64,000 nucleotides of DNA, taken from Mobula hypostoma (taxonomy: Eukaryota). The stretch lies in contig NC_086097.1 in assembly GCF_963921235.1 (NCBI RefSeq), forward strand, positions 63,490,001-63,554,000. Direction: 5' to 3'. Shown here piece after piece: positions 39,661 to 52,810 of the stretch. The position numbers and the translations under genes are program-made. Each line of letters begins with the position of its first letter. The first letter of the stretch is position 1. The notes beneath the pieces are model-generated. The model searched no databases. It had not been told where the DNA came from and worked only from the letters and a program-made list of their open reading frames with translations.

Positions 39661-42600
39661 AATTTTCAGCTTAAGTTAGTAAAACCTGAGGTACGGGCAT
39701 AGCCAAGCATACTCAGTTATCGATTGCTAGCAACTTTCAGACTATTCTAGTGGTGTTTTGTATTGTGGCTTTCTGGAGATTTGCATAGATATTATTGTGT
39801 CGGCCTAATTGTTTAATGCTAATGTGTGGTGCCTTTGGGATGATATTACTAGCCACACAATGTATACTTTGTTCATGTTCCGAAGCCTTTCAATTCAGCA
39901 TATTTCTGGTGTTTTTCGCCTACTGATTCCTGTGTGTTTGGAATGACCATAGCTATTAAGTAAGTTCTTCTTGCTTGTTTATCCTGTAATATTATATCCG
40001 GACAGTCAGTATGAATTGTCCTATCTGTAATAAATGATCGGTCATAATATAATTTGAAAGATTCTAATTCTAAAACTGTATCAGGCTTGTATTTATAGTA
40101 AGGTATAGTGCCTTTTATGAGTTTGTATTTTAAAGCAAGATTCTGGTGAATGTTTGCCATTTGATTGTGCCTGTGTAAGTAATCAGATTGAATTAAACTG
40201 CTGCAGGATCCTGCAATGTGTTGGATTATTTTTGGTTTCTCTTGGCATTTTCTACATGTATCATCTTGAATTTGTTGGCCTTTTATTATGCATCTTTGAT
40301 CATTTTTCGTGTTAACCACCTGGTCCTGTATTGTCACAAGGAACCTTTTGTTTCTGGGATGAGATCTACCACTCTGAGCCAGGCATTCTACACCTCCTTG
40401 TGGACATCTAGTCTGCTCAGATCATGGGGATGTCTTCCATGGTGGGTCATGCTCTTCCATTGGTTAACTTTTCCTTCAATGGTGATAATGACTTCATTTT
40501 TCAGATTTGTACTCTCATTTAAGTTTAGTGGTGTGTACTTCTTAACAGAATTGCATATGCTTGCATGGAGTACTGAGCCCTGTTTTCGTTGATGAAAATA
40601 TATCCTTAGAAGTTTTATCTGATTGCTGTGTAGATTTGTAATGTCTGTTATTCTTCCTTCTACTTCTGTCCTAAGTAGTGTTATGTCAGTACCTCCAGTT
40701 GAACTCTGTCTTTTTGTGTGTTTTCCCCTAGCTGTCAGTCTGTGGTTTTGTATTGCCATGTGCTCCTGTCCCCGCTCCTGCTCTACTCCGGCCCCTGTAT
40801 TACTGAGTACTCTGCCTCTCACCTGTTTCTCATTATTACCTGTATTGCTGCCACTTGTGTCTCATTGTGCTCCACCTATCATCTGCCTCTCTGTTTATTG
40901 CTCAGTGTATTTCAGTCCTGTGTTTTCACCTATTTGTTACCAGATTGTGCTAATGAATTTTCCTCAACCTTTGTATCTGTACTCTGACTGTTTCCCGATT
41001 CTGGATGTTTTGATCTCTGCCTGAACTTTGACACTGACTTTATTTGCACCTTGGGATTTGTTACTCAATTAATATCACTGTATGTGCAATACTGGATCTG
41101 TGATTGGATTCCTGCTCCAGTGCCCTGACACGTTAATCTAACACATTTGAATGTACATAATGTTTTCTGAAATTTGTCATTTCAGTTCTTATTTGTCCTT
41201 GTAAATTTTCCACATCAGTTTTGGACCAATATACCAGAAGAATATATTAATATATGTACAGTGAAAGTGTTTATTGCCTTTGTTATATTTTTGCTGTTGA
41301 GCTCTGTTTGTCAGATTTTCTTAAGCCTTGAAGTAACTCCTGACAAAACTTTTCCCTTTTTCACTTATTTATTTCATATTCATCCATTGGTTGTATTGCA
41401 TCCTGCTGCTCTGTTTTGTATAATATTAGCTCTGTTGTAGCTTCCTTTATGTTTAGTTTTCTGCATTTATCCAGTCCAAAGTTCATGTTGAAATCTTTTG
41501 AAAATAGTTCTACTATTTGAATTATTGCTTTAGCTTCACTGATGAAAGAGCATATAATTTCAAATCATCCCTGTATAGAAGATGCATCAAGATATAATTC
41601 ATTTCACTGTTTTTGATTTGATACTGATTTTTTTTCTGATTCAGTAAATTAGAGAGTGGGATTAAAGCTAGACAGAATCATGGTGGACTTAGTGAGTTGC
41701 CCTGGAAAATGCCTCTGTTTATGTGGTTATCGTGGGTTTTTTTCTTTTTTTGATTGTTAATAGATAGCATGATTATGTTATGCCATTGTTTTGTCAGATG
41801 TTATTGGAATTTCAGGTTTTGTGTACACTAAGAATTTCTATTAACCATGATTGTGGGACAGAGTCAAATGCTGCTTTGGTAGTCAATATAGCAACATGAA
41901 AGATTTCTGCTTTTCCACCGGATTTCATTTAGAATTACAGAATCTGTTTTCAGTTGGTCTTTACAACATTTTGTACCCTTGGGGCACCTTATCTCCTCTT
42001 CTGTAATTATATTGTGGTTACCTAAGTGAGTGGTGATTAGTTGCAAGATACATGATGTTAGAATTGTCCACATAGTTTGTAAACAAGTAATAGGACAATA
42101 TTTTGATGGATCATTTGTGATTTCCCCTTTAGGTAAGAAATATGTTTTGCCTTCTGTCAAAAATTCAGGCACTTTTTCAGGATTTTTAAGAAAATGGTTA
42201 TAATGCATTAATAGGTAAGGATGAAAGTAAGTAAATTTTTATACAAATAAGTATGAATTTTATCACTGCCAGTACTTTTCCAGTTGTGGGTATTTTTATA
42301 ATCTCTTTCAGCATATTGTGTGTGTTCGTGGATAATTCTCTACTAGGGTTGGTGATATTTTGGTGCATCAAATTTAGTTTCAATGTTCTGTACAAACTCT
42401 TTTCATTGTTTCTGAACTGATAATTCTGTTTTCTTCTGGCACGTTTCTATTAATCAGTGCCTCTATTAATCAGTGCTTTTATTTTGGAGCCATTGCATGC
42501 ACAGTCATTAATACTGCACGGTATGTTATTGTGTAGTTCTTCAAATATTTCAAGTTTTCTTAAATGTTATGGTCATATATTGAAAGTATTAACAATATTT

Positions 42601-42740
42601 GTAAATTTTGATAATGTATTTTATTTTGGTGTGTAGGGTCTTTTTGTTGGGTCAATGTCCATATTGTTGTGGTATTAAATATTGGGATAATAAGCTCAGC
42701 TTCATCGGCACTCTGAGGGATTTTCTTCTAATTAATGCTT
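39660..42740 (-). mobile_element. Decayed R4/Dong-clade non-LTR retrotransposon (RT plus restriction-like endonuclease)
   Basis: GKTYFLPK..YCPITCL, RGIFQG, HLLYRDD, CRKC...HIAGSC zinc knuckle, RHN, PDIILQD, EKHQKY. Confidence 0.8.
40684..41130. mobile_element. Solo LTR, 447 bp, nested in the R4 element
   Basis: 6-bp terminal inverted repeat tgtcag...ctgaca and 5-bp TSD tgtta/cgtta at 40679-40683 and 41131-41135. Confidence 0.7.
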
Positions 42741-42889
42741 ATTATTATTATTAGCAGTTTGTTATCTTTTGCACATTGGTTGTTTTCCAGTCTGTGTGTA
42801 GTTTTTCATTGAATGCCCACAAGAAAATGAATCTCAGGGTAGTATATGGTGAAATATATGCACATTGATAATAAATATACTTTGAACTT

Positions 42890-44860
42890 CATTCAAGAAA
42901 GGTAACAAGGATAATCCTGAGAATCATAGACCAATGTGTCTTACATCAGTGGTGGGCAAACTATTGGAGAGGGTTCTTAGAGAAACGGTTTACAAACATT
43001 TGGAGAAGCATAGTCTGCATGACATTGTGAAGGACGGGCAATGAGAGGGCTTGCAGGAGTGAGATATGCCAACTAGTGGAGTGGTGCCGCAGCAACAACC
43101 TGGCACTCAAAATTGGTAAGACGAAAGGGCTGATTGTGGACTTCCGGAAAGGTAAGACGAAGGAGCACATACCAATCCTCACAGAGGAATCAGAAGTGGA
43201 GAGAGTGAGCAGCTTCAAGTCCCTGGGTGTCAAGATCTGGGGGTCTAACCTGGTCCTAGCATATTGATGCAGTTATAAAGAAGGCAAGACAGCAACTATA
43301 CATTATTAGGAGTATGACGAGATATGGCATGTCAATAAATACACTCAAACTTCTATAGATGTACTGTAGAGAGCATTCTGACAGGCTGCATCACTATCTA
43401 GTATGGAGGGGCTACTGCACAGGACTGAAAGAAGCTACAGAAGGTTGTAAATCTAGTCAGCTCCATCTTGGGCACTAGCCTACAAAGTACCCAGGACACC
43501 TTTGGGGAGTGGTGTCTCAGAAAGGCAGAGTCCATTATTAAGGACCTCCAGCACCCAGGGAATGCCCTTTTCTCACTGTTACCATCAGGTAGGAGGTACA
43601 GAAGCCTGAAGGCGCACACCCAGCGATTCAGGAACAGCTTGTTCTCTGCCATCTGATTCCTAAATAGACATTGAATCTTTGGACACTACCTCATTTTTTT
43701 TAATATACAGTACTTCTGTTTTTGCATGTGTTTTAATCTAATCAATATACATCATTAATTTACTTATTAATATTTTTATTTATATTGTTTCTCTGCTATG
43801 TATTGCATTGAAGTGCTGCCGCTAAGTTAACAAATTTCACGTCACGTGCTGGTGATAACAAACCCGATTCTGAGCTTGTGCCAAGGAGATGACAAAACAC
43901 CTTGATGAAGGCAGTGTGGTGAATGTAGTGTATATGGACTTCAGTAAGGTTCTCCTTGGCAGGTTCATCCAGAAAGCCAGGTGGCATGGAGAACTGACTG
44001 TGTGGATTCAGAATTAGTTTGCCCACAATTCTTTGTGACTTTTTTATAAATAACTTTTAAGAGGAAATAATGACTGCATTGATAAGTTTGCAGGGTATAG
44101 ATTGTTGTCGAAGGTTACAACAGGATACAGACAGGATGCAGAATTGGACGGAGAAGTGGCTGATGGAGTTAAATCTGGAAAAGTTTAAGTGATACACTTT
44201 GGAAGATCAAACTTAAAGGCAGAGTACAAGGTTCAAGGCAGGACTCTTAGTGTGGTTGGAACAAAGGGAACAAATCACTCAAAGCTGTTGTACAATTTGA
44301 TAAATGGTTAAGAAGGCATATGGTATGCTAGTCTCTGCTATTTGGAGGACTGTGTTCAAGAGTCAGGAGCTAATGTTGCAGCTCCATAAAACACTGGTTT
44401 GACCATGCTTAGAATATTGTGTTCAGTTCAGCCATTTGCCTTATTATAGGAAGTTTTAGAGATGGTGCAGAGGACATTTACAAGGATGCTCCCCAGATTA
44501 TGAAGCAAGCCTTGGGTGTTTCTCTTTAGAGGAACAAATGATGAGAGGCAACTTAGTAGAGGTGTAGAAGATTGAGAGGCATAGATAGCAGGCAGCTAGT
44601 GCCTTTTTGGCCATTACTGTCCTGGGAATCTGTTTAAGGAGAGTGGAGGACAGCCTGGGTTGGTGGCAGAAGTTGGTACATTAAGGACATTCAAAGGACT
44701 CTTAGATAGATACATGGGTCTAAGAAAAAAAAATGGAGGATTATATGATGTGTAGAATGGAGAGGTTAATGTGATCATGGAGTAGATTTCCGAAAGTCAT
44801 TACTACATCGTGGGCTTAAGTGTCACAACTATGCTATACTGTTCTGCATTCTATGTTCTC
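42890..44860 (+). mobile_element. Decayed CR1 ORF2, interrupted by a Rex1 copy
   Basis: CR1 RT and C-terminal motifs (gtatatggacttcagtaagg, gtgcagaggacatttacaaggatg) and ttctatgttct tail. Confidence 0.7.
43020..43873 (+). mobile_element. Rex1/Babar-type 3' fragment nested in CR1
   Basis: [31 protein letters not shown]. Closely similar to 36820-37700. Confidence 0.82.
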
Positions 44861-45127
44861 AGGTCAGTTTGCGGAAATATAGAAAATGGGGTGGAATCAA
44901 ATTGAACAAGCTATGCTATGATTTACATGACCTATACCTTAGCAGGAGCAATTGAGGCATTTCCAGTAATGAAAGAAAGGCAAAGTGGATAATTAAAGCC
45001 AAAGTCAAGATTAAGCACAAGTCTCCTGATATACAAATAAGTCCTGTTTATATTCTTATTGGTGCTTACTAATAAAATTTAATTCATTGACATTTAGACA
45101 ACTGATTATTTAATGATTTAACTGATT

Positions 45128-45581
45128 TTGTGGGGGTGATCATGAATATGGAAAGTGCGGAACAGGAGTTCAACCAAAATGCTGCAATTGTGGAGGAGCT
45201 CATAATGTTGCATATAGTGGGTGTGAGGTTGTGAGACGGGAGACTAAAATTCAAGAAATAAGAGTGAAAAGAAAGATCACTTATGCAGAAGCTGTAAGAA
45301 TGTCAAGAGAACAGAATAATGCTCCTAATGAACAGGGAGCAATAGGGATACGAGAGATGCAACAAAGAACAAATGACAGGATTTATGTAGACAAAAAGGC
45401 TCTAGTAACATTCATTGTAGGAGTGATTAATAGTACTTCTGAGGTAAAGTCAAAAAGTGACAAAATTCAGCTGGTGGTAAAAGCAGCAGTAAACCATTTA
45501 GGGTTAGTAGGACTGACATGGGAGGAAGTGAGGGAGAACCTAAGTAATCAGTCAAGCCAGGAAGTGTCATGTGTTGGTTAA
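45128..45581 (+). pseudogene. LINE ORF1 C-terminal part (gag-like zinc knuckles)
   Basis: CGGDHEYGKC and CCNCGGAHNVAYSGC; stop at 45579-45581. Confidence 0.8.
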
Positions 45582-45589
45582 TACTAATT

Positions 45590-48500
45590 ATGGTGATTCT
45601 TTTACAATGGAATGCAAGGAGCTTACTGGCCAATAGCCAGGAATTCAAGCACTTTATTAAAGAAATGGTTGTAAAACCGGATGTAGTGTGTATTCAGGAA
45701 ACTTGGTTGAAACCAACTTTAGACTTTGTGGTATATGGGTATACAATGATAAGGAAAGATAGAAATCTAGGGGGAGGAGGGGGTTGTGCTATGTTAATCA
45801 AGCAAGGTATGCCATATAGAGTGCTGGAAAAAGGAGATGATCAGGAATACATAGTGGTGGAAGTGTGGGAGAGGGGGGGAAGGAGTGGTTATAATTAACT
45901 ACTACAATCCATGTAAAAGGTTGGATTTGGACAGCCTATTAAAGATACAAGGACAAAACAGACACAAAGTGTGGTGTGCAGATTCAATGCTTATAGCACA
46001 ATATGGGGGGATCAGATTACAGATCCAAATGGAAAGGTAATTGAAGATTTGATGGAAGAAAGGGATTTGGTGTGTATGAATGATGGTAGCGGCACAAGGA
46101 TAGATATAACAACAGGAACTGAGTCAGTGTTAGATATTACGTTAGTGTCTAATACCTTGGCTGGCATTAGTAACTGGGGAGTTTGGACTGCTTCAACAGT
46201 AGGCAGTGATCACTACCCAGTTTTGTGTTCAGTGGGTGAAAGAGTTGAAGTAAGACCAGGTGGCGGAACCCCAAAGTGGGTGTTTGAAAAAGCTGATTGG
46301 GGTAAGTTCCAGAAGTTGAGTGAAGAAGGGTTGACAAAGATTGATATTTCTGGAAATGTAGATGAATTAAACAGTCAGGTGACTTCAGCAATTATCATGG
46401 CAGCAGAAGGATCTATACCTAGGAGTAAAAATAGGATGAATAGAAAACTGGTACTATGGTGGACAGAGGAATGTTGTCAGGCTGTAAAAAACAGAAATAG
46501 AGCATTCAGGCTAGTTAAAAGAACCCATAATATGCAGCATTTGGTTCAATATAAGAAAGCACAGGCAGTGGTGAGAAGAACTATACGTCAAGCTAAAAGG
46601 GCAAGTTGGTGGAGTTTTTGCGACAAGGTAGGAAGAACAACACCTGTGGGAGAGATATGGGGAATGATTAAGAGGACGGGAGGAGATAGAAGGGAATGGG
46701 AATATCCAGTAATGATATCTGAGGAGGAAACTGCAGTCTCCAGTAGGGATAAGGCTGAGGTCATGGCCAAGTCATTTGTACTGATACACAGTTCAGAAAA
46801 TTTGTCTGAAGAAGGGAGAAGAAGAAGGGAAAGAATAATGAGCCAACACCCAGGTGTGTTAAGCAGGAGGGAAGGAACAGATGATATAATTGATGATCCA
46901 TTTACATTAGCAGAAATGGTGAGAGCAATAAAGAGATCGAGACCAACCTCCCCAGGGAAAGATCTGATATGCTCTGTGATGCTAAAAAATCTAGGAGAAG
47001 GAGCGCTCTTGAAGTTGCTGCATTTTTATAACAGAGTGTGGGAGGAGGGAAGATTACCAAGTGCATGGAAAGAAGCAGTAGTAATTCCAATAAGGAAGCC
47101 TGGCAAGGATCTGTCAAAACCCACTAGCTACAGACCAATTGCATTAACATCAAGTATATGTAAGATAATGGAAAGGATGATAACAGAAAGGTTATCATAT
47201 GAGCTTGAGAAAAGGGGAATGCTGGCAAGTTATCAGAGTGGTTTTAGAAAGGGAAGGAATTCCATGGACTCAGTGATTATGTTAGAGACTGAAATAAGGA
47301 AGGCCCAGGCAAATAGAGAGTCAGTAGTGGCAGTGTTCTTTGACATTGAAAAAGCCTATGATATGATGTGGAAGGAAGGATTATTAATTAAACTGCACAA
47401 GATGGGGGTTGGTGGGAGAGTTTTTAATTGGATTAAAGATTTTTTGTTTGGTAGAAAAATTCAAGTTCGGATTGGATCAGAATGATCAAAACAGTACATA
47501 GTGGAAAATGGCACACCTCAAGGTAGTGTGATTAGCCCGTTACTTTTCATGATTATGATCAATGATGTCTTCACAAAGGTACCAGTGGATATAGGTAGGT
47601 CACTGTTTGCGGATGATGGGGCCTTATGGAAAAGAGGCAGGAACACGGACCATATAATCAGGAAACTACAAGAAGCAATTGATGAAGTGGTGGAGTGGGG
47701 TTATGATTGGGGATGTAGATTTTCAGTAGACAAAACTCAGACTGTATTTTTTACCAGGAAAAGGGTTGAGGTAGGGAAGAAGTTAAGGATGTATGGGGTT
47801 GAATTAGAAAGGGTTGCATCATTTAAATTTCTGGGAGTTATACTTGATTCACGATTGACATGGGCAGACCATATCAGGAAAGTTGAGGAGAAATGTAAAA
47901 AAGTAATAAATGTGATGAGATGTTTGACTGGTAGGGAATGGGGAGCAAGTTGTTCAGCTTTGAAGAGAATGTATGTGGCTTTAGTAAGATCTGTATTGGA
48001 TTATGGAAATATAGTATATGGATCAACAGCTAGGTCTCTTATAAGGAAACTGGATGTGATTCAGGCTCAGGCCTTGAGAGTGTGCAGTGGGGCTTTTAAA
48101 ACGTCACCAGTGTCAGCCGTACAGGTAGAAATGGGAATAATGCCTTTGGAACTAAGAAGGATGCAACTGATGGCAAACTACTGGGCTAACTTGCAAGGGC
48201 ACAATGATTCTCACCCTACTAAAGGAGTGTTGCAGGAGTGCTGGGAAAATGGGAGGTTTCAGAGGGATACCTTTAGTCGGGTAGGGAATGATATCGCGAA
48301 AGAATGTGGAGTATTTGATCTGAGGATAAGTCCTTCAGTAGTTTATCCGGTTGTAGCTCCATGGAAGCTTGTATGGCCTGACATAGACTGGCATTTGTTA
48401 GAGGTAAAAAGGAAAGAAAGATATAAAACAGATTTGGTAAATGCAGTTAACTGTCATGTGATGGAAAAGTACAGTGATTATACTCACGTTTATATGGATG

Positions 48501-49336
48501 GTGCGAAGGAACCTGAAACAGGAGTGACAGGGTTTGGGGTGGTAATACCAGCAAAAGAAATTGGAATCAGCAGAAGAACACCTAATAAGTTAGGGGTGTT
48601 TACAGTGGAGATGCTGGCAGTGTTGGTTGCATTGCAATGGGTGCAGAAAGCCAGACCATCCAAAGCATTGATATGTTCAGATTCATCCTCAGTTCTAGCA
48701 AGTTTAAGGTCTTTTCACACAAACAGTCGGCAAGATGTACTTTATGAGGTCCTTCAGTTAGTTACAAGAATTGTAAATCAGGGAGGTCCGGTAAAATTTC
48801 TATGGGTTCCAGCACATGTAGGGGTGAAGGGGAATGAGAGGGTGGATGAGTTGGCAAAGAGGGCGTTAAAGAAAGAAAATGTGGAAATGCACATTAGTAT
48901 CAGTAAAGCAGAGGTTAAGTGTGTAGTCTGGGAAAAAATCAACCGAATGTGGCAAGAAAGATGGGACAGGGAGGGGAAAGGGAGGCATTTATATCAAATA
49001 CAAAAGAGTGTTGCAGTTACTAGGGTAGGTAATGGAAGCAGAAGAGAGGAAATTGTGTGGACTAGGTTAAGGCTGGGGCATTGTGCATTAAACAAAACAT
49101 TGAAAATGATAGGGAAACACCAGACAGGATTGTGTGAGGAATGTTGGGAAGAGGAGTCAGTAGAACATGTAGTTTTGTGTTGCAGGAAGTATGGGATACA
49201 GAGAGAGATGATGAGAAATAAATTAAGCGAGTTGGGGATGCAGGAATTCACATTAAAAGGGTTGCTGGGCATGGGTGAGAGAGCACAAGTCTGGGTATTT
49301 TTAGCGTTTTTAAGGGGTACAGGGGTTTTTTTATAG
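45590..49336 (+). pseudogene. LINE ORF2: AP endonuclease, reverse transcriptase, RNase H and C-terminal zinc knuckle
   Basis: QWNARSL, CIQETWL, SDHYP; YRPIALTS, FFDIEKAYD, GTPQGSVISP, LFADDG, FKFLG; YMDG...E...SDS...WVPAHVGVKGNERVD; CEEC..H..C. Disrupted by two apparent frameshifts (about 45875 and 45970) and an in-frame TGA at 47483-47485. Confidence 0.9.
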
Positions 49337-50162
49337 AATATGATGAATAAACAGGAATAGAATACTAGGATGTTCAAAGATGGGAGGGTGAAGTTTGTGT
49401 GTGTGTGTGTATTTAGAATATATCTCTAGTGCACATTCTGGAGCAGAGGGTGGCGGTAATGCACCATTAAGCTGGATGCCAACCACTGTAAAACAAGATA
49501 CAGACAGACAGACAGAATCTTCTCTGCTCGTCGGTGTGGGTGGTCATTTTCAGGTGTTTTATGATATTTTTAAAAAGTAGTTATGCTGGGTGCAGAAGGT
49601 TAAATTGATTTTCCATGATGTTTATCAGTTTATAAGACAGCAGATCAAATTATCTATTTCATTTTGCATTCTTTCTGCCTTAGTTGAAGTTTGCTTATGA
49701 TAATTTGGTTGTACTATTTATTCTTGCCACGTACTTCAACACAAGGTGGAGGCGAATTGGGAAAAGTGGTGATCAACTGAATGTGTGATTAATTCCATAT
49801 AAAATTGAAATTAATGAAACCAAGTTTTTCCATAATTTAAATTGTTAACTGCTGAAAACTTTAGTGCTACTAATCAATGCTCTTTCCATTGACACAGAAT
49901 ATTGGTCTCTTGCTGTAATTGTAGAACACATAATTCTTGTGTTACAACAAATATTACCTTTTTGCACAGGAACTATTAACAGAAGCATTAATGTGGCACT
50001 TCACACATTACCGATAACAAAGTGCAAATGTATCATCATGCAGAGTAACCATATGAAAATTTAATACATTTATGTAGAACCTAAATGTTTTAAATAATGA
50101 GATGGATCTTTCTGAAATTAAGCCACAAAATGGGAAAGATATTCTCAGAACAATTTCAAATT

Positions 50163-50780
50163 ACAATGGATTCCAGTTAATTGGACCATCAGTTAATTGC
50201 AGCAGCCACTTACCTGGGACAACTTTTAAAGAACAAAAACTAATTGAAAATAGCTGGGATTTCCTTCAGTTACTTGGGACACTCACTTTGCTGCTTATTT
50301 GGGATAGAAAACTATTGCCAAACAGTTTCTAACTAACGTTAGTCACGTGCACTTGTAAGACGTGAGAGACTACACCGGTCGATCAGTTTTCAAATATAAT
50401 CACGTGTGTGTTTGTGTTCAGAAAGCAATGATTTGTGTCACTGATAGTTGGCGAGAAATAAGCAGTAAGGCAATTCAGAACCGTTTTGTTCACTGCAGTT
50501 TCAAGCATTTAGGCTTGGAGATGTGAGAAATGGCTGGGAGTGGAAATGAAATGATTTCACTACTTCAAGTTAGGAACTACAAGCTATTGGCAACCATCTT
50601 GAATGTTAAAATGAAAATGAAGATTTGGAGGTTGTAACAGCATTGGTCGTATGCACTTGCGTGGCCCTTATACACTACACTGGTTGGAACAAACAGTTTT
50701 TAAATAGTGTCAGTTGCAAAATGTTACTCATTTGGGCTGTCCTGGTCTTGGTGTGTCCTAAATAACTGCAACCTACTGTA
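50163..50780. mobile_element. Possible Tigger/Pogo-like non-autonomous DNA transposon relic
   Basis: Degenerate TIR-like ends tacaatggattccagttaattgg and cctaaataactgcaacctactgta with flanking TA. Confidence 0.4.
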
Positions 50781-51113
50781 TTGGATTGAATCATATAAGA
50801 AATTAGGAATTTTGTGACACACCTATTTAGATTGTCACAAACCTATCATTCCAGATAGAGGGACTGGATTTCATGTTTGTAATGATGTCAAAGTTATTAG
50901 TGCTTAATGGTGGGGAGAGCTTTACCCATGATGAACTGGGCCATATCCACTAATTTTTGAACAGAAAATCCTACAAGAGCATTGGTTGGCGTTTCCATAA
51001 CAGGCAGTGATGCAGCCAGTCAACATACACTCCACTACACATCTATAGAAGCAACACACATCAAAGTTGCTGGTGAACACAGCAGGCCAGGCAGCATCTA
51101 TAGGAAGAGGCGC

Positions 51114-51149
51114 AGTCGACGTTTCAGGCCGAGACCCTTCGTCAGGACT
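51114..51149 (-). ncRNA. Minimal hammerhead ribozyme, intact core
   Basis: Minus strand reads agtc CTGACGA agggtctcggcct GAAA CGTC gact. Confidence 0.82.
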
Positions 51150-51967
51150 AACTGAAGGAAGAGTGAGTAAGGGATTTGAAAGCTGGAGGGGGAGGGGGAG
51201 ATGCAAAATGATAGGAGAAGACAGGAGGGGGAGGGATAGAGCCGAGAGCTGGACAGGTGATAGGCAAAAGGGGATACGAGAGGATCATGGGACAGGGGGT
51301 CTGGGAAGAAAGACGGGGGGGGGGAGGGGGTGACCCAGAGGATGGACAAGAGGTATATTCAGAGGGACAGAGGGAGAAAAAGGAGAGTGAGAGAAAGAAT
51401 GTGTGCATAAAAATGAGTAACAGCTGGGGTACGAGGGGGAGGTGGGGCCTAGGGGAAGTTAGAGAAGTCAATGTTCATGCCATCAGGTTGGAGGCTACCC
51501 AGACGGAATATAAGGTGTTGTTCCTCCAACCTGAGTGTGGCTTCATCTTTATCCACGGCCTCCTCTACTGTAAAGATGAAGTCACACTCAGGTTGGAGGA
51601 ACAACACCTTATATTCCGTCTGGGTAGCCTCCAACCTGATGGCATGAACATTGACTTCTCTAACTTCCGCTAAGCCCCACCTCCCCCTCGTACCCCAGCT
51701 GTTACTCATTTTTAGGCACACATTCTTTCTCTCACTCTCCTTTTTCTCCCTCTGTCCCTCTGAATATACCTCTTGCCCATCCTCTGGGTCACCCCCCCCC
51801 CCGTCTTTCTTCCCGGACCTCCTGTCCCATGATCCTCTCGTATCCCCTTTTGCCTATCACCTGTCCAGCTCTCGGCTCTATCCCTCCCCCTCCTGTCTTC
51901 TCCTATCATTTTGCATCTCCCCCTCCCCCTCCAGCTTTCAAATTCCTTACTCACTCTTCCTTCAGTT

Positions 51968-52003
51968 AGTCCTGACGAAGGGTCTCGGCCTGAAACGTCG
52001 ACT
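51968..52003 (+). ncRNA. Minimal hammerhead ribozyme, intact core
   Basis: agtc CTGACGA agggtctcggcct GAAA CGTC gact. Confidence 0.82.
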
Positions 52004-52169
52004 GCGCCTCTTCCTATAGATGCTGCCTGGCCTGCTGCGTTCACCAGCAACTTTGATGTGTGTTGCTTGAATTTCCAGCATCTGCAGAATTCCTGTTGTA
52101 CACATCTATAGAAGTCTGCCAAAGTTTTTGATGTCATGCCAAATCTCCAGAAACTCCTAAAGAAACAAG

Positions 52170-52810
52170 AGGCAAAGCCATGCTATCAGCTCATTGAGTC
52201 TGCTCCACCATTCCATTATGACTGATTTATTATTCTTCTCAAACCTATTCTCTTGCCTTCTCCAAGTAATCTTTGATGCCCTTACTAATCAAGGACTTAT
52301 CAACATCTGCTTTAAATATATCCAACAATTTAGCCTCTGACAGCTGTCTGTGGCAATGAATGCCACAGATTTGCCACCCCCTGGCTAAAAAAAAATCTCC
52401 TCATCTCTGTTCTAAAAGGACATCCTTCCATGCTGGGGCTTTGCCATCTGGTCCTAGACTTCCCCACTATAGGAAACATCCCATCCACATACACTCTAAC
52501 TAGGCCTTTCTATACTCAATATCTTTCAGTGATATTGCCCCTCAGTCTTCTAAACTCCAGTGAGAATTCAGACCCAGAGCCATCAAAAGCTCCTCATATA
52601 TTAACTCTTTCATTCCTGCAATCATTCTCTTTCACCTCCTCTGGACCCTCTCCTTTGCCAGAATATTTCTTAGATGAGGAGCCTGAAACAGCTCCCAGCA
52701 TTGCAAATGTGGTCTGACCATGCTTTATAAAGCCTCAGCATTACAACCTTGCTTTTATATTCTAGTCCTCTCGAAATGAAGGCTATCAATACATTTGCCA
52801 TCTTTACCAC
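52170..52810 (-). mobile_element. CR1 3' fragment
   Basis: AFISRGLEYKSKVVMLRLYKA; similar to 61500-62200. Confidence 0.75.

Larger units (their letters stand above)
45127..49516 (+). mobile_element. I/Nimb-clade LINE, 5'-truncated within ORF1, with nearly complete ORF2
   Basis: ORF1 zinc knuckles, ORF2 APE-RT-RNase H-CCHC, 3'UTR ending in (caga)n. Confidence 0.9.
51052..52098. mobile_element. Penelope-like fold-back element, near-perfect inverted repeat of about 1 kb
   Basis: Minus arm about 51050-51550 and plus arm about 51551-52098. 16-bp TSD tacacatctatagaag at 51036-51051 and 52099-52114. Inserted in a Rex1 remnant. Confidence 0.92.
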
